DNA from: Octopus vulgaris
Lineage: Eukaryota
Assembly: GCA_951406725.2 (NCBI GenBank)
Contig: OX597829.1
Coordinates: forward strand, 27,466,001 to 27,530,000
Length of the DNA stretch: 64,000 nt
Direction of reading: 5' to 3'
Notes under the pieces: generated by a model
Told to the model about the DNA's origin: nothing
The model's database searches: none
Seen by the model: only the letters and a program-made list of their open reading frames with translations
Part shown: positions 12,893-25,986 of the stretch, piece after piece
Position numbering within the stretch: the first letter of the stretch is position 1
Layout: each line of letters opens with the position of its first letter
Made by a program: the position numbers and the translations under genes

Positions 12893-14447
12893 ACTCTCGA
12901 ACCACTCCTACACAAACTGGAGGCGTTGAGAGGCATCCCGCGTGACATAGGATGTGGGAGATGCGTGCCGGCATATGCCAACGACGTCACCGTAGTGGTA
13001 TAATCGGCACCGCTCTCAGAGACTACGAGACGGTTTCAGGAGTATCAATTAACCAGGAAAAATCAGTGGGACGAGGTAACGAGCAGGGTGACTATTCTCA
13101 CCCAGCAATGGGCCGAGAGAAAGATGTTCCTGAAATGTCGAGAAGAGGTGAGTAACGCGTATATCCCGTCTGTCATCTACTATCGCTTGACCATCGTGCC
13201 TTGTCCTGGTCACCGTCTGATTATGTTGGAAGGTATACTCTTCCGCTTCTTGTGGAAGGAACGTATCCCGATGGTCAGGCGGTCTATCTGCTGTTAACAC
13301 CCGCCTGGTGACCTGGGCACGCCGTGGTTGATGATGTGTAGACATGCGCTGAGGCTACGACACCTCCAGTGCTTCCTTGGCGGTGAACAGGTGTGATCAC
13401 TGTTTGCCAGACACGTATTTCCGCAGCTAGTTTCTTTAACGGAGCTGCCGTCCTGGGTAAAACAGACACCGAGAGGGAGCATTTGGAAAGTGGAATGTCT
13501 TCAAGCACTCACAACTCTCAGCTAATTGGACACTGCGATAGGTGGTACGTCCACTTTAGCTTTTTATAGAGGTTTAGTGGAGGGAAAGTGTTACGATGTT
13601 CTTGGGCATCGAAGATGAACAGCTGGCTGCTCTTTTCCGGAGAACTTTCGACCCGGGACCGATGGATAATTTCCAAAAATCTCTGGCCTGGCAGTGCTAC
13701 CGGGGAGCTTTGCCTGTTCGAGATAAACTTTAGGGAGTGCCGTCAGCCAAGTATGTCCGAGATGCGCGCAGGACGACAAGACGGTCCTGTATGCATTCAT
13801 CCAGTGCCCAAGCATTGCTGACCTGTGGGTTTATGTCGAACACCTGCTGTCGCGTGTGAGACGGGCCGATGGTCAACCCGCCACCTTCCGAAGATCGCCC
13901 CGCCACCTTCCTTTAACCAGGAAGGAAAGGCTGTGTCTATATGCCTGGTGGCCATGGCGAAAGAGGTTGTATGATGGACGAGATTGAAGGGGCTGAAGAC
14001 AAACACTTTTCTCTTTGGCCAATCCCTGATCAACTTTTTCAAGTTCCACTTGAAAAAGAAAATAAGGGCAGAGGGAAATGTTGTCTTCTAGCCAGTTGGC
14101 TAGAAAGGTGGATGAAAGTGGTGAGAATGGTGCGAGTGAACAGGCCTGACCTGAGCATACGTCTGTAGTTGACAAAAAAAAAAACGAAAGGAAAAAAAGG
14201 CACTTACCCCAAAAGTCAGGCTACCCGTGGTTTTTTATGGGGTTTTTCCATGCGCAACCCTCGAACGTTTCCTCCCTATTGAGAATTACACATTGTTGAT
14301 TTTTAAAAAAATTGTTAGCCTTGTTTACAAGCAAAACCTTCACAACAACACACACTCACACAGATACACACAAACATTCTTTTGTTTCGTCCTGTGCTGT
14401 CCATAATGTTTTTCTTAATGTAAACCTTTGTGGTTAATAAAGAAATC
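12893..14447 (+). mobile_element. Old 5'-truncated Tx1-like LINE (3' half of ORF2 plus 3' UTR)
   Basis: Frameshifted translation LEPLLHKL...INQEKSVG...SVIYYRLTIVPCP...FLWK...MMCRHALRL is colinear with ORF2 at 31260-32679. Ends cctttgtggttaataaagaaat, like the young element. Confidence 0.9.
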
Positions 14448-16206
14448 ATTATCATCATCATCATCATCATCAGTAGTAGTAGTAGTAGTAGTGGTAGTGG
14501 CAGTAGCAGTAGCAGCAACAGCAGCAACGACACTTGAAAAGAGAAGATGCATGATCGAAATCCTAGAAGGTATTTGTTGCCGTTCTTGCAATACATACCA
14601 ACACATACATCTAAAGCAAAAATTTTTCAGAGGCCCTTAAAATAATACTATTTCGGATCCCCAATTTACTGTCTTGTTACGTGGATTCCCGGGGACCATA
14701 TGGAACACCCAGTTGAGAACCACTGGCGTAGAAGACTGACAATTACTCGTGTTATACAAATGTGTTCTCCTCCTCATGCCGATGTTGTCAAAAGGGAAGG
14801 AGGCTGCCTTAGGACCGATACAGCTCAACATCAGTGATTTCACAAGAGGCTGCTGTGAGAACGTAAGGCATCTCGTCCGACGTTCTTTCAATTTCGCTAA
14901 TCCATCGTTCTAGATTGACATATTTTAAATTTTATTAATCAACGCTGAAACACTGAAAGTTGAAGATGGCGAGATTTGAACGCAGCGACCAGAGGTTTCA
15001 GAACAAATGCCGTAAGACATTAATTTTCACCAACGTTTTAATGTCCCTGCGCAGTCACCACTTTAGCTGAATTTAAGAATATATTACTAAATGTGTACTT
15101 CCATTTATTTCCTCTCTTTCCCTTCTTTTTGTTTTTAAGATAGTATGTGTGAATTGGGTAGAATTTCAAGCTTTCCACCTGGTCGAACGCCTACTACAGA
15201 AACTGTTCCCTCGTTGGCCCGTGCAAACTCATTTTAACTCGACGATGTTCGCCACAGGATATTACAAAATGATCGTGTAACACTTCACACCATAATTCTC
15301 CGGCTGGCAGCAGTGGTACATTCCCCACTCCGATGCTTCAAGCAGGGTCTCATATATTTTAACCCTTGATTTACGCAATTCATACCCTGCATCTGTTACA
15401 CTTACACGATATAAAACAACTTGTATGATTTAGAAGTAACTCTCTTCGGGACGGAAATTACTAGCTCATACATTTACTTTTGTAAACCATGTTTATTTTC
15501 CTCTTTCATTATTATCTTCCTTTATTTCTTCATATATACGACGTATATTTACATATATATAATCCATTTGTAATTTCTATATTTTAGTTGGGCCTGTTTT
15601 TCATTTCTTTCCAACGTATTCACGGTCACCTTCACTTTTTATTCCTTCTTAGTTCCTTTCCACATTCAATTTTCTTTCTACCTTCCTTACGCTTGTTCTT
15701 TCTCATATCTAATAAGGACAGCAACCTCTAATACTACAACTACCACCATTACCATTACTACTAATAGTACAACTACTACCACCCCACCACAACTACTATG
15801 GCGGCTGCTGTAGAAGAAAAGGTTTACTTTGCAATCTTGTGTGGCTATGTAAATTGAGGTGTCTTAGGGTTACTCACTCACTCACTATATATATATATAT
15901 ATATATATGAACACAAATGCACAGCTTAAAGTAACAACTAATTCTTCTTCAAATACATCCCTGAAGTATAATATATATAGAAATTGGTATTGGCATCCTT
16001 TCTGTCTCGGGAGACAATGGAGTTGCGCATGAAGTAGTCTAGTCCGGCTTTTATATTTCATGTCCTGATACATTTCCTGCTGTGGCTGTGTAGTCCTATC
16101 CTGGACAAACACTCCCTCTGGCAGGTACCGTAAATGTAGCGAAGACTGTTCCTGGCTGGTTGTGGTGCCATAGTCTCTTGTTTACGTCTCTTCCTTTCTT
16201 TCCATT

Positions 16207-16290
<84 letters not shown>

Positions 16291-18559
16291 TACTCCTTTG
16301 TATTCCCTCTTTTACGGTACGTAAACATATAGAAATAATGTTCTAATATATACGTATATAAGCATATATGAGCTAGATCTGTTAGAAAATAGCAGCCGAA
16401 TCCCTCAAATTACCACACGAACTTGTGAATATGTGTATTTGTATGAATACGCCTATGACTGGGTATGCGGGTATGTATGCATAACAGCATACATATATGT
16501 GTAAGCTAACGAAAGAGTCTTTACAAAGTAGCTATGTGAGTAGGAATGACAAAATCTCCTTTGAGCTACATTGTAGATAATCTCAGAATAGGCTACCATT
16601 AAGTGTATGGAGGGAGGAACTGAAAAGTGCAATGTCGGCGCGAAAGAAGTTTGTTAGTGATTACGTGAAAGTGTGTTGAAACCGAATCTCAGTATAATTG
16701 CTTTTTAGCTGGCAGAAGGAAATTGTCTAAAGGTAAAAGGAGTAAACTGACAAAAGGACACAGATGGAACTGACGTTTATGGCGAATATATACCTGTGAT
16801 TAAACTGAACCAGGTCACTGAAATTGAGTTGAATTTGGCTTGTCTAATTTCACCTCTGTTTCCACTGTGGTAATGGAGTATTTATGGCAGATCAAACAAC
16901 TGAATTTTAAACGCATAATCAGGGAACAGTTTCGATGTTCTGTTGCGAATCTGTTATACATCCCACACAACCACCATACTGCCTTACACACACATCACGC
17001 GCGCGTTTCTTTTTTCTCTTTCCCTTTTTAATTTAGATTAAATTTGACCGGCTACCTACTTAGTAGCAAGGTTGTGAAAGAAAGCATCTTGCATTGCTCA
17101 TCATCCTTTAAATCTTAAAAAGGTCTTCCAGATTTTTATAGTCCCAGATCGTGAACATTTGTAGAGTATGAATTAAGGATTTACGTTCTCTCTCCAAGAT
17201 CCCAAGTTCATCCATACTTTGCTCTAGGCGGGTTGGTATGTACCCTGTTTCTTCAATAATAATAGGTATGAAGCTGAAAGTGTGTCTTGGGTAGGGATTT
17301 GCAAACTCCTCATTAATGGTCTACGGATGTCCTATTCGAACCATAAAGTTCCACCAGAGGCGGCTCGTGTACAAGAACTGCAGAACTGCAGCATCCCTTA
17401 TTTCCACTCGATATAATCGATAACATTCAATACAATGTATCCTTTTTTCTTTAATTCTTTCTTTATATTCGTACATTATATAATCCTTAAGCTTAATGCC
17501 AGTAGCCATCCCCTAGTTTATGAAAAACAAATAAAAAAATCCTTGTATAAAACTGTGCGCTTCACAGTTCCAGCGACGCGGTGTTTGGTTGTTGCGAGCA
17601 TGCTCACATGTCCGAGATAGGAAGTTTCACACAAGGGAGAGATAGAGAACTACGTGAACGACAGTGCCGGGTGCAAGGTAGTGTCTTTTGTTTTTACTCC
17701 GCGTGCGTTGTGCTTAAAAACGTGTTTATATTCTTCAATGTGATAAAGTGTAGAATTAGATTATTATCCTGCTTCCAGCTTCAGTGTCGCTGCCAGGATT
17801 TGAAAGATAGGGCACATTCTCTACCCGCCCCCACCTATTTTGTGATTTAGTGGGGATTTTTGAAAAACAAGAGGGAATTCGTGTTCAGTGAACAAATTAA
17901 ACACACTACCCGGCAGTGGCTAAAACGCGAACCGATCAACTTTATGTATAAGTTTTCTTCTTATCTGTTTGTTTCCTTTTACACAATATTAAAGCAATGG
18001 CTAAAAATTTTCGCCACTAATTTTATCTACGGGCTGCCACTGTGTTCCAACAAAATTCTTTTGACTCATTGGTCTCAATATGGACAACTTTGTCTGTAGG
18101 TGTTTTTTTCTTTTGTTATCCTTTTCGAGACTATTTTGGCCACTGCATCATGCTTCATGGGAAGATAATATCTGGAAGACATTCTCTGACAGTTGGCCAT
18201 AATGTGGTTGATGCCTTCAGTCTTGGTCTTGCACAACCTTACATTTGTTGTCTGTCAACGTTTTCTACTTTTTATGCTTTAAACACTTGGTGGGGATCTA
18301 TTGTTCTTGGATTACATGGATGTATCCTTCAAAGCGGGATGTCATAAACATGTCGGTACTCCACACCAAGCTTTTGACATGATCAGTTCTTTCTATGGTT
18401 CGTGTTTTCCGTGCCAAGTACCCATGTACCATCTTCTCCGTGAACTGCTCCATTGTTTTTCTTTATTTTGTTCTGATAAATAGATTTTTACCAATGCTTC
18501 TTGGGGAGAGATCTGTATCAGATCTTATTCCACACTTCTCCTCAAGTTAATTAGCTATC

Positions 18560-18835
18560 CTAGTTATGTTGTTGAATTAATGGCCACAAATCTGGGCAAG
18601 ATAGTCACTGATCGCTTCATCTGCTTCAAACGTTATTTCAGTGTCACAATATGTGCCTCATATGACATCAATACAGATATGAGACTATGACCATCATCCT
18701 TCCATGGGAAGTACAGCCTGTCTACAGCTCCATCGATGCTGAAGCTTCCTGTAACACTGAGCAGCTTGCGAGCTCGAACATCTATCTCATTTAGTTCTTG
18801 TAGTGACCAGTTCAGAAGACCATACAGGGTCGACC
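18560..18835 (-). pseudogene. R4/Dong-like LINE ORF remnant
   Basis: YGLLNWSLQELNEIDVRARKLLSVTGSF...AVDRLYFPWKDDGHSLISV resembles the post-RT region of RLE non-LTR elements. Confidence 0.7.
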
Positions 18836-19011
18836 TTAGGGTTGCTGGCGCCCTGGGCAAGCTGAACTTCGGCGTGTACAAGCTGACGGTCGTGGAAATT
18901 TCCTTGTCTTTGTAACGTCCTCCTTGGTGCCCCTAGCACATGGAGCCCTGGGCGACCACCCGAGTTGTCGATGCCTTATTCTCTTTGCTCTCCTAAGGTG
19001 TCAATTCCAGC

Positions 19012-19220
19012 ATGTATGTATGTTTGTATGTATGTATGTATGTATGTATGTATGTGTATGTATGTATGTATGTATGTATGTATGTATGTATGTATGTATG
19101 TATGCTTGTATATATGAATGTAATTGTTTGGATGTATGCGTGTGTGTATGTATATTTGTATGTGTGTATATTTGCATGCATTTATATATGTATGAATGAA
19201 TGTATGTATATGTATGTAGG

Positions 19221-19252
<32 letters not shown>

Positions 19253-19354
19253 TGTATGTATGTATGTATGTATGTATGTATGTATATATAAATGTAATTG
19301 TTTGGATGTATGTGTGTGTATGTATATTTGTATGTATGTATATTTGCATGCATT

Positions 19355-19388
<34 letters not shown>

Positions 19389-19488
19389 TGTATGTATGAA
19401 TGTAATTGTTTGGATGTATGCGTGTGTGTATGTATATTTGTATGTGTGTATATTTGCATGCATTTATATATGTATGAATGAATGTATG

Positions 19489-19520
<32 letters not shown>

Positions 19521-19622
19521 TGTATGTATGTATGTATGTATGTATGCTTGTATATATAAATGTAATTGTTTGGATGTATGTGTGTGTATGTATATTTGTA
19601 TGTATGTATATTTGCATGCATT

Positions 19623-19656
<34 letters not shown>

Positions 19657-19678
19657 TGTATGTACGTACGTATGTATG
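19012..19678. repeat. Compound (TATG)n satellite with higher-order unit
   Basis: aatgtaattgtttggatgtatg...tttgcatgcatttata recurs 4 times among TATG runs. Confidence 0.9.
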
Positions 19679-19951
19679 AAATAGTTTCTGTATGCTTACC
19701 TACAATGCTTGACTGGTAGTCTAAACAACTACGACGATGACGATAACGATAGCAGCAGGAAAAAAGAACTACTACTACTATTGCTGCTGCTGCTGCTGCT
19801 GTAATGACATCAATGACAAACTTGGTGGAAAATATGTGTACTTTATCCTATAGTTTCTTTCGCCTTTCAACAATTGCAGGCTTAAGGTTAGCAAGGAAGA
19901 ACCTGTCTTGCCGGTGGATGAACCAGTAATTTGGAAGGGAAGGTCATGTGC

Positions 19952-19991
<40 letters not shown>

Positions 19992-20196
19992 ATGTTTGCT
20001 TTTTATGTATGCATGTGTGTAGGTATGTGTGCATTATGTGTTTTTATGTATGTATGTAATTGCGTACGTATGAATACATGTGTATGCGTCTATGTATGTA
20101 TGTTTGCATACAAATGTTGTATTATGTATATATTATATATATATACATATGTGTATGTATGTATATATATATGTATATATACATACATATATATAT

Positions 20197-20231
<35 letters not shown>

Positions 20232-20690
20232 CACAGGTATGTATATATATAATATATAATATATAATATATATGTATGTGTGTGTCGGTGAGTGTATCTG
20301 TGAGAGTGAGAGTTGACAATCAGGCAGACAGACCATGTATTGAGTGCATGAATGTATATGTCGTCATAGGGGAACAAAGGACAAAAGTCTTAACCAAAGT
20401 GAGAGAGAGATAGAGTAAGAGAAAGAGAAAGAGAGAGAGCGTGAGAACGAAGACAATAATAGATATAGAAGTGTTAGATATAGGAAATGAGAAAATAGTG
20501 CGTGGGGCGAACAAATAATACAAAGAGAGAATAGAAGAGGTGGACGTAAAGAACGAGACACCGACCAGTTTATGCCTTGTCTTTTAAAAGCCGAATTGTC
20601 TTTAATGTTTTACTTTGTACAATCATTGTCCTACGATCATGCTGGTGCACTGCCTTGAAGAGTTTAGTCAAACAAATCGACCGTAGTACC

Positions 20691-21290
20691 TGTAGTGATC
20701 CTATATAACGGTGCGCGCTCGCGCACCGTCCATTTCTGTTTCGCGCGTGCGGTGTTGGTGCTTTCACCAAGGCTGAGAGGAAGGGCCCTCTCGCGCATGC
20801 GCGAAGCCCGGAAGTAGGAACATTTGCCTACGTGGCAGTTTAGCCGCGAGGCAAGGGGATCGTAAGACGTTGACTACCAGCGTCCAGCAAGCAGTGACTT
20901 GAGACACAGCCTTCGAAGGAACAGGACGTGAATTCTTTCTCTCTCCGGACTTGACATAGCAGCAGCCTTTACCAAAAGACTTTAACCAGCATTTGTTGCC
21001 GACCTCCTCATCTTCCTTTCTCCGGACGCCATCTTTGACCAGTGTCGTTAGCATTTGAACACTGTAAATTCTACAGCGATAAAGTTCAGCTGAGACACAT
21101 CCATACCAAAGGGATACCAGATACACCACATATTTGTTACTGTCATAAGAGAATAAAGTAGATATATATTTTTTACGTCTGCGTCTTGTTTGTTTCTGAC
21201 TGGTAGAATCTGGATTATTAAAGCAACGGAAAGTGATTGCACCAACTTGCACCCCAAAAGTGCAAGAGAAGCCGTTCACATTTCGTTACA
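20691..21290 (+). mobile_element. Solo LTR (600 bp), Gypsy-like
   Basis: TGT...ACA termini and a 4-bp TSD TACC (20687-20690 and 21291-21294). AATAAA near 21152. It interrupts a - strand S1-type SINE whose halves rejoin across it. Confidence 0.8.
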
Positions 21291-21924
21291 TACCTATTTT
21301 TAAAGTCTGACACTTATTCTATCGACTCTGTCTTGCTGAACTGCTTGTTAACTTACGGGGGACGCAAACAAACCCAACAAGACCTGTTGTCAAACGTTGG
21401 GCTAGGGGGACAAACACATACACGAGAACTTCCACACAGCTTCTGTCAAGCAATTTCACTCAGAAGGCATTGAGCAAAATCAACAGACAACTACGTGATT
21501 GAAACGTGATGTTGGAGAGTATTAGGCATTGCGTTGCGATGTTTCATTCTTTGTCTCCTTGTATCTTTTTGGGGGGTGGGGGGGATAACTTTGCTATAAC
21601 TATTGCATATCATTACCACAGTCTTCTTCAGACTTACGTTAGCATTGTTTCATGATTTCTATTAATTACGCTGCTCAAGAAAAAGAAAGAACATAGATTT
21701 CACATATATTTCATACTTGATCGTCCCCTACAGCTGTTTCAGTGGCATAAAATGTCGTTATATAATTACATAATTAAATACACAGTTTATTTAAAAGTGA
21801 TATGTTACCCATCTCGTCGAGATGTGTAACACATCACTGTTAAACGTTTCTTCCTCGAATTTTGATATATGTTCTGTTTAGTTTCTTCCTTATTGCTTTC
21901 GAAATTTTCCAGCTCTCAAATATG

Positions 21925-22007
<83 letters not shown>

Positions 22008-22009
<2 letters not shown>

Positions 22010-22450
22010 CGGGAAGCTTTATGAAAATAAACAAAAGACGAAGGCAGGTGGAAAACAAACGAACAATTGTATTAGTATGGCGCTCAGGAAATATAAATAA
22101 AACAAGTCTTTAACGTTTCGAGCCTACGCTCTCCAACAGAAAGATACACAGAGAGAGAAAAACACAGAAAGAAGGAGAGAAAAAAAATGCGTGCAGTAGC
22201 TAACGAATCAAGAGAGCGACCAATATATATATATAGTTAATCCAAACATGAACAAAAAGAAAACACAACAATGCGAAGACGTGGAACATGTATAGTTTTT
22301 ATTGGACGCTCAGGAAAGGAAAGAAAGAAGGAGGATTTAACGTTTCGAACGGAGCTCTTCGTCAGAAATATAGAAAAAAGGAAAAGTCCAAGGAAGGGAA
22401 GACGGAGAAAGAAAATCGCCAACGATACACACGCGGTCACATATTGAAAT
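22008..22450 (-). mobile_element. Two Penelope-like terminal fragments in (TA)n, each with a hammerhead-like motif
   Basis: - strand CTTT-CTGTTGG-AGAGCGTAGGCTC-GAAACGTT-AAAG (22108-22143) and ATTT-CTGACGA-AGAGCTCCGTTC-GAAACGTT-AAAT (22335-22369). Confidence 0.6.
22335..22369 (-). ncRNA. Minimal type I hammerhead ribozyme motif
   Basis: Stem I ATTT/AAAT, core CTGACGA, stem II GAGC/GTTC, GAAA, and a palindromic ACGT stem III as in Penelope-associated minimal hammerheads. Confidence 0.65.
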
Positions 22451-23169
22451 ATACCAATATGATTCCTATTGCAACAAAAATGTGCTTTGCGTTCATTTAA
22501 TAAATTTGTTTTACATACGGTCGACATTTTGTTCATTGTTGATCAAGCTAATTCGGTCCTTACTTTGCTACGTTTCTTGGAGCTTTCTATCTACATTGAG
22601 ATATCTCTGTTCTTGAATAGAAAGCTCGAAGAAATACTGTTATCTAATCGATAGTGTTGCTGCACGTAAAATATATAAAATATAAAAAGTAATAATACTT
22701 TATGAGGTGAACGCAGAACAGCGAGAACCCAAGCAATAGCTTAACTATTAATTCATAATACATTCTGTCAGGTTCGAGTGTGAATATCTGATCGCTATTG
22801 TTTTTCTATGTAGGAGAACTCACGCCTAGTAGAGTCGATGTGTTTTCATAATACGTGTTATTCACTGGTGTTCTCCGAGGATGAAAACAACAGCAATTCA
22901 CGTTCACGTGAATTCATATTCACGTTCGAAACTATCAGAACGTATTAAGAGCGAGCGAACAAATACGTTATATTAATAATGCTGTTTAGTCGAAAAAGAA
23001 AATTCTCCCGTGATCGAGAGAGAGAGAGAGAGAGAGAGGAGGGGAGGGGAGAGAAAGAGAAAGACAGACAGAGAACACGTCGGTGAGAAACACATAAAAA
23101 GATTGCACCCTTTTACTATGAAAGGTACAATTTGAAATACCAAAAATTGGATGAAATAAGCATTATACG

Positions 23170-23436
23170 CTCCAAGTTACAAAACATATGCAAGTGGCTG
23201 AGCAATCCACAGACACATGTACCCTTAATGTACTACTCGGGGAGATTCAGCGTGACACAAAGTGTGACAATGCTGGCCCTTTGAAATACAGGTACTACTC
23301 ATTTTGCCAGCTGAGTGGACTGGAGCAACATGAAAATAAAGTGTCTTGCTCAAGGACACAACGCGTGACCGGGAATTGAACTCACGACCTTACGCTCGTA
23401 ATCTGAATGCTCTAACCACTAAGCTACACGCCTTCA
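23170..23436 (-). mobile_element. tRNA-derived SINE (S4-related)
   Basis: - strand gtgaaggcgtgtagcttagtggttagagcattcagattacgagcgtaaggtcgtgagttcaattccc, followed by the gtccttgagcaagacac core. Confidence 0.8.
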
Positions 23437-23786
23437 CAAACCATGTACATAGTAAACACATAAATGCGATAAACGTTTCGTTTATTAATGAAAAGAGAAA
23501 ATTTTTGATTCTCCTCTGACGAGTGGTCAACAAACGATGAAATGATTCGTCAAGAGACTCTCCCCCACCCCTGTTTTTTTCGCACATCAAAAGTTTAGAA
23601 TACTTACATTCTAGGAATCTTAGTATTCATTTTTTCTTTATCCTTCTGATCCACTCTGTGTTATATATAATATATATTGTTTAAATTAATAGCAAGCGAT
23701 GAAAAGTACAAATATGTAAATTTAGTTAACCATTATGGTGATAACTTAAATTATGACTTGTATGCGCGCGCGCACACCTACACATT

Positions 23787-23839
<53 letters not shown>

Positions 23840-23938
23840 TATGTATATATGTATACACACACACGCACACACCCACACCGGTCGCCAAGCGGTAGTTGTG
23901 GAGACAAACACAGACACAAAGACACACACACACATACA

Positions 23939-23970
<32 letters not shown>

Positions 23971-23977
23971 CATATAC

Positions 23978-24025
<48 letters not shown>

Positions 24026-24029
24026 ATAT

Positions 24030-24078
<49 letters not shown>

Positions 24079-24439
24079 AAATTAGAAACCCTGATTACCG
24101 CAAAATACCGGTCAGCGGACACATAGATAGATGTGCTGGAAATGTAAATCCGAAATTTACAACTAACCCGCTCTATAAATTCAGTGACAACGCAACCTTC
24201 ACACAACGCCAAAATAAGAACTATATTTCATAAAAAAATTTAGACCAAGTTTAAACACCCTGGGCCAGGAATACTAAAACAAAAGATAAGTCCTCCGAAA
24301 AGGAGAACCAAATTTCACCACGGCCGCTACTTCAAACAGACACTCACTCTGACGGAAATATGCCTTAGTAAAAAAGGAAAAAAATTATTTCGTGCAAATC
24401 TGACCCTGATACATACGATACAGCTAAGGGTCAGACCCG

Positions 24440-24910
24440 ATTCTGATTGGTCAACAAGTTGATGACGTCTAGCTCTGCTAGAATGGACAGGATACAAACA
24501 GGGGACAGTCATTAGTCAGAATATTGATGACGTCCTTTTCTGCTTGAATAGTCACCTAACAAGTACAGACAGGGGGCAGATCTAATGTAGCGATAAGTCG
24601 TGATTGGGCAGAATCTGGATAACGTCCCGCTCTGCTTGACTAACGAAGCGACTGGTCAAAACAGGAAACAAACAAGAGGCAGATATAATGCAGCGATTGG
24701 TCAAAATAATGATGATGTCCCGTTCTACTTGACTAACGAAGCGACTGGTCAAAACAGGAAACAAACAAGAGGGAGTTATAATGCAGTGATTGGTCAAAAT
24801 AATGATGACGTCCCGTTCTACTTGATTAAAGCCACCTAACGAAACGATTGGTCAAAACATTGATGACGTCACGCTACGCTAGATTGACCACCTAACAGGC
24901 ATTATAAAAC
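24440..24910. repeat. ~93-bp tandem repeat rich in CCAAT and TGACGTC motifs, followed by TATAAAA
   Basis: tgactaacgaagcgactggtcaaaacaggaaacaaacaagagg at ~24637 and ~24730. GATTGG and GATGACGTC recur. TATAAAA at ~24903. Confidence 0.75.
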
Positions 24911-25452
24911 CGAGCATTTCACAAAAACTCACTAGAACCACCCAGCGAACTTCCACCATGGGTCATCACAATTGCTTAAGGTAAAAATGAATTCCTCGCT
25001 CTTTCGGAAACATCAATCTTCTGTATTGACCGCTTTCCACCACTTTGATCTGTTTTTTGTATTGAATACGTATCGCCACCGTGGGCCACTGCATCGAACA
25101 CTTTGAACATATACTTCAAACTATATATCAACTATACATGAACTATATATCAACTATACATGAACTCTAAGATGTCTGACTCCGTTGTGTATTATAAATG
25201 AATTTCTTGTGTTTGACGGCATGAGCTGTCTTTTTTTATATATAACTTTTTTTGATAAGGTTCATTTCAGGAACTGAAACATGTTATAATGTATATATAA
25301 AAATTAAAAATTGTATAATACAGCAGCATTTTCGAACTTCATTTTTTACAAATATATATATCCAAATATATATATGTCCAAGGTGCCATACAGTGGGACT
25401 GAACCCGGAACCATGTGGTTGGAAAGTAAGCTTTTTACCGACCACATACGCC

Positions 25453-25483
<31 letters not shown>

Positions 25484-25939
25484 TGTATGTATGTATGTAT
25501 GTATGTATGTATGTATGTATGTATGTATGTATGGATGGATGGATGGATGGATGGATGGATGTTGAGGTTTGTGTGTGTGTATTTCCTTTCATTCAAGCGT
25601 TCTTGCCTAGAGCGAGCCCATAGCAATATCATATTTTCTCCACTATTTCAGTATTACGTGTTAAAAGTGAAACAAAAACATTTCTCTATTTTATGTCAGA
25701 TACTTTCACTTTAACAATAAAAACAATAATAACAATTGAATTATATGTAGTAAGTAATAATTAAAATCAAACTAAAGTATAATATAATCGTAACATAACA
25801 AAAGTAAAAATAGCAATTGGTATAAAATTGCATCAATGACTTGAACTTGAATAAGTGGTTTCACATGAATGGGAATAAATTAAAAATAAAATTAGCGTGC
25901 AGAAATGGAATAGTCCAGATGGATAATAAAAAATTAAAT

Positions 25940-25986
25940 TAAAGAAAAGACTATTGTCTATAAAGTATACAATGTAGAGAAAAAAG
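25940..25986 (+). pseudogene. 5' piece of decayed Tx1-type ORF1 (host element C)
   Basis: aaa gaa aag act att gtc tat aaa gta tac aat gta gag aaa aaa = KEKTIVYKVYNVEKK. Aligns to RRTIKYKVF (A) and RRIIYKTF (B), just N-terminal to the part that resumes at 32928. Confidence 0.55.

Noticed and set aside
24085-24122. Hammerhead at ctgattaccgcaaaataccggtc
   Set aside because: No GAAA core and no consistent stems.
24590-24870. CRISPR-like repeat-spacer array
   Set aside because: The whole unit is repeated with no unique spacers, the context is eukaryotic and there are no cas genes.
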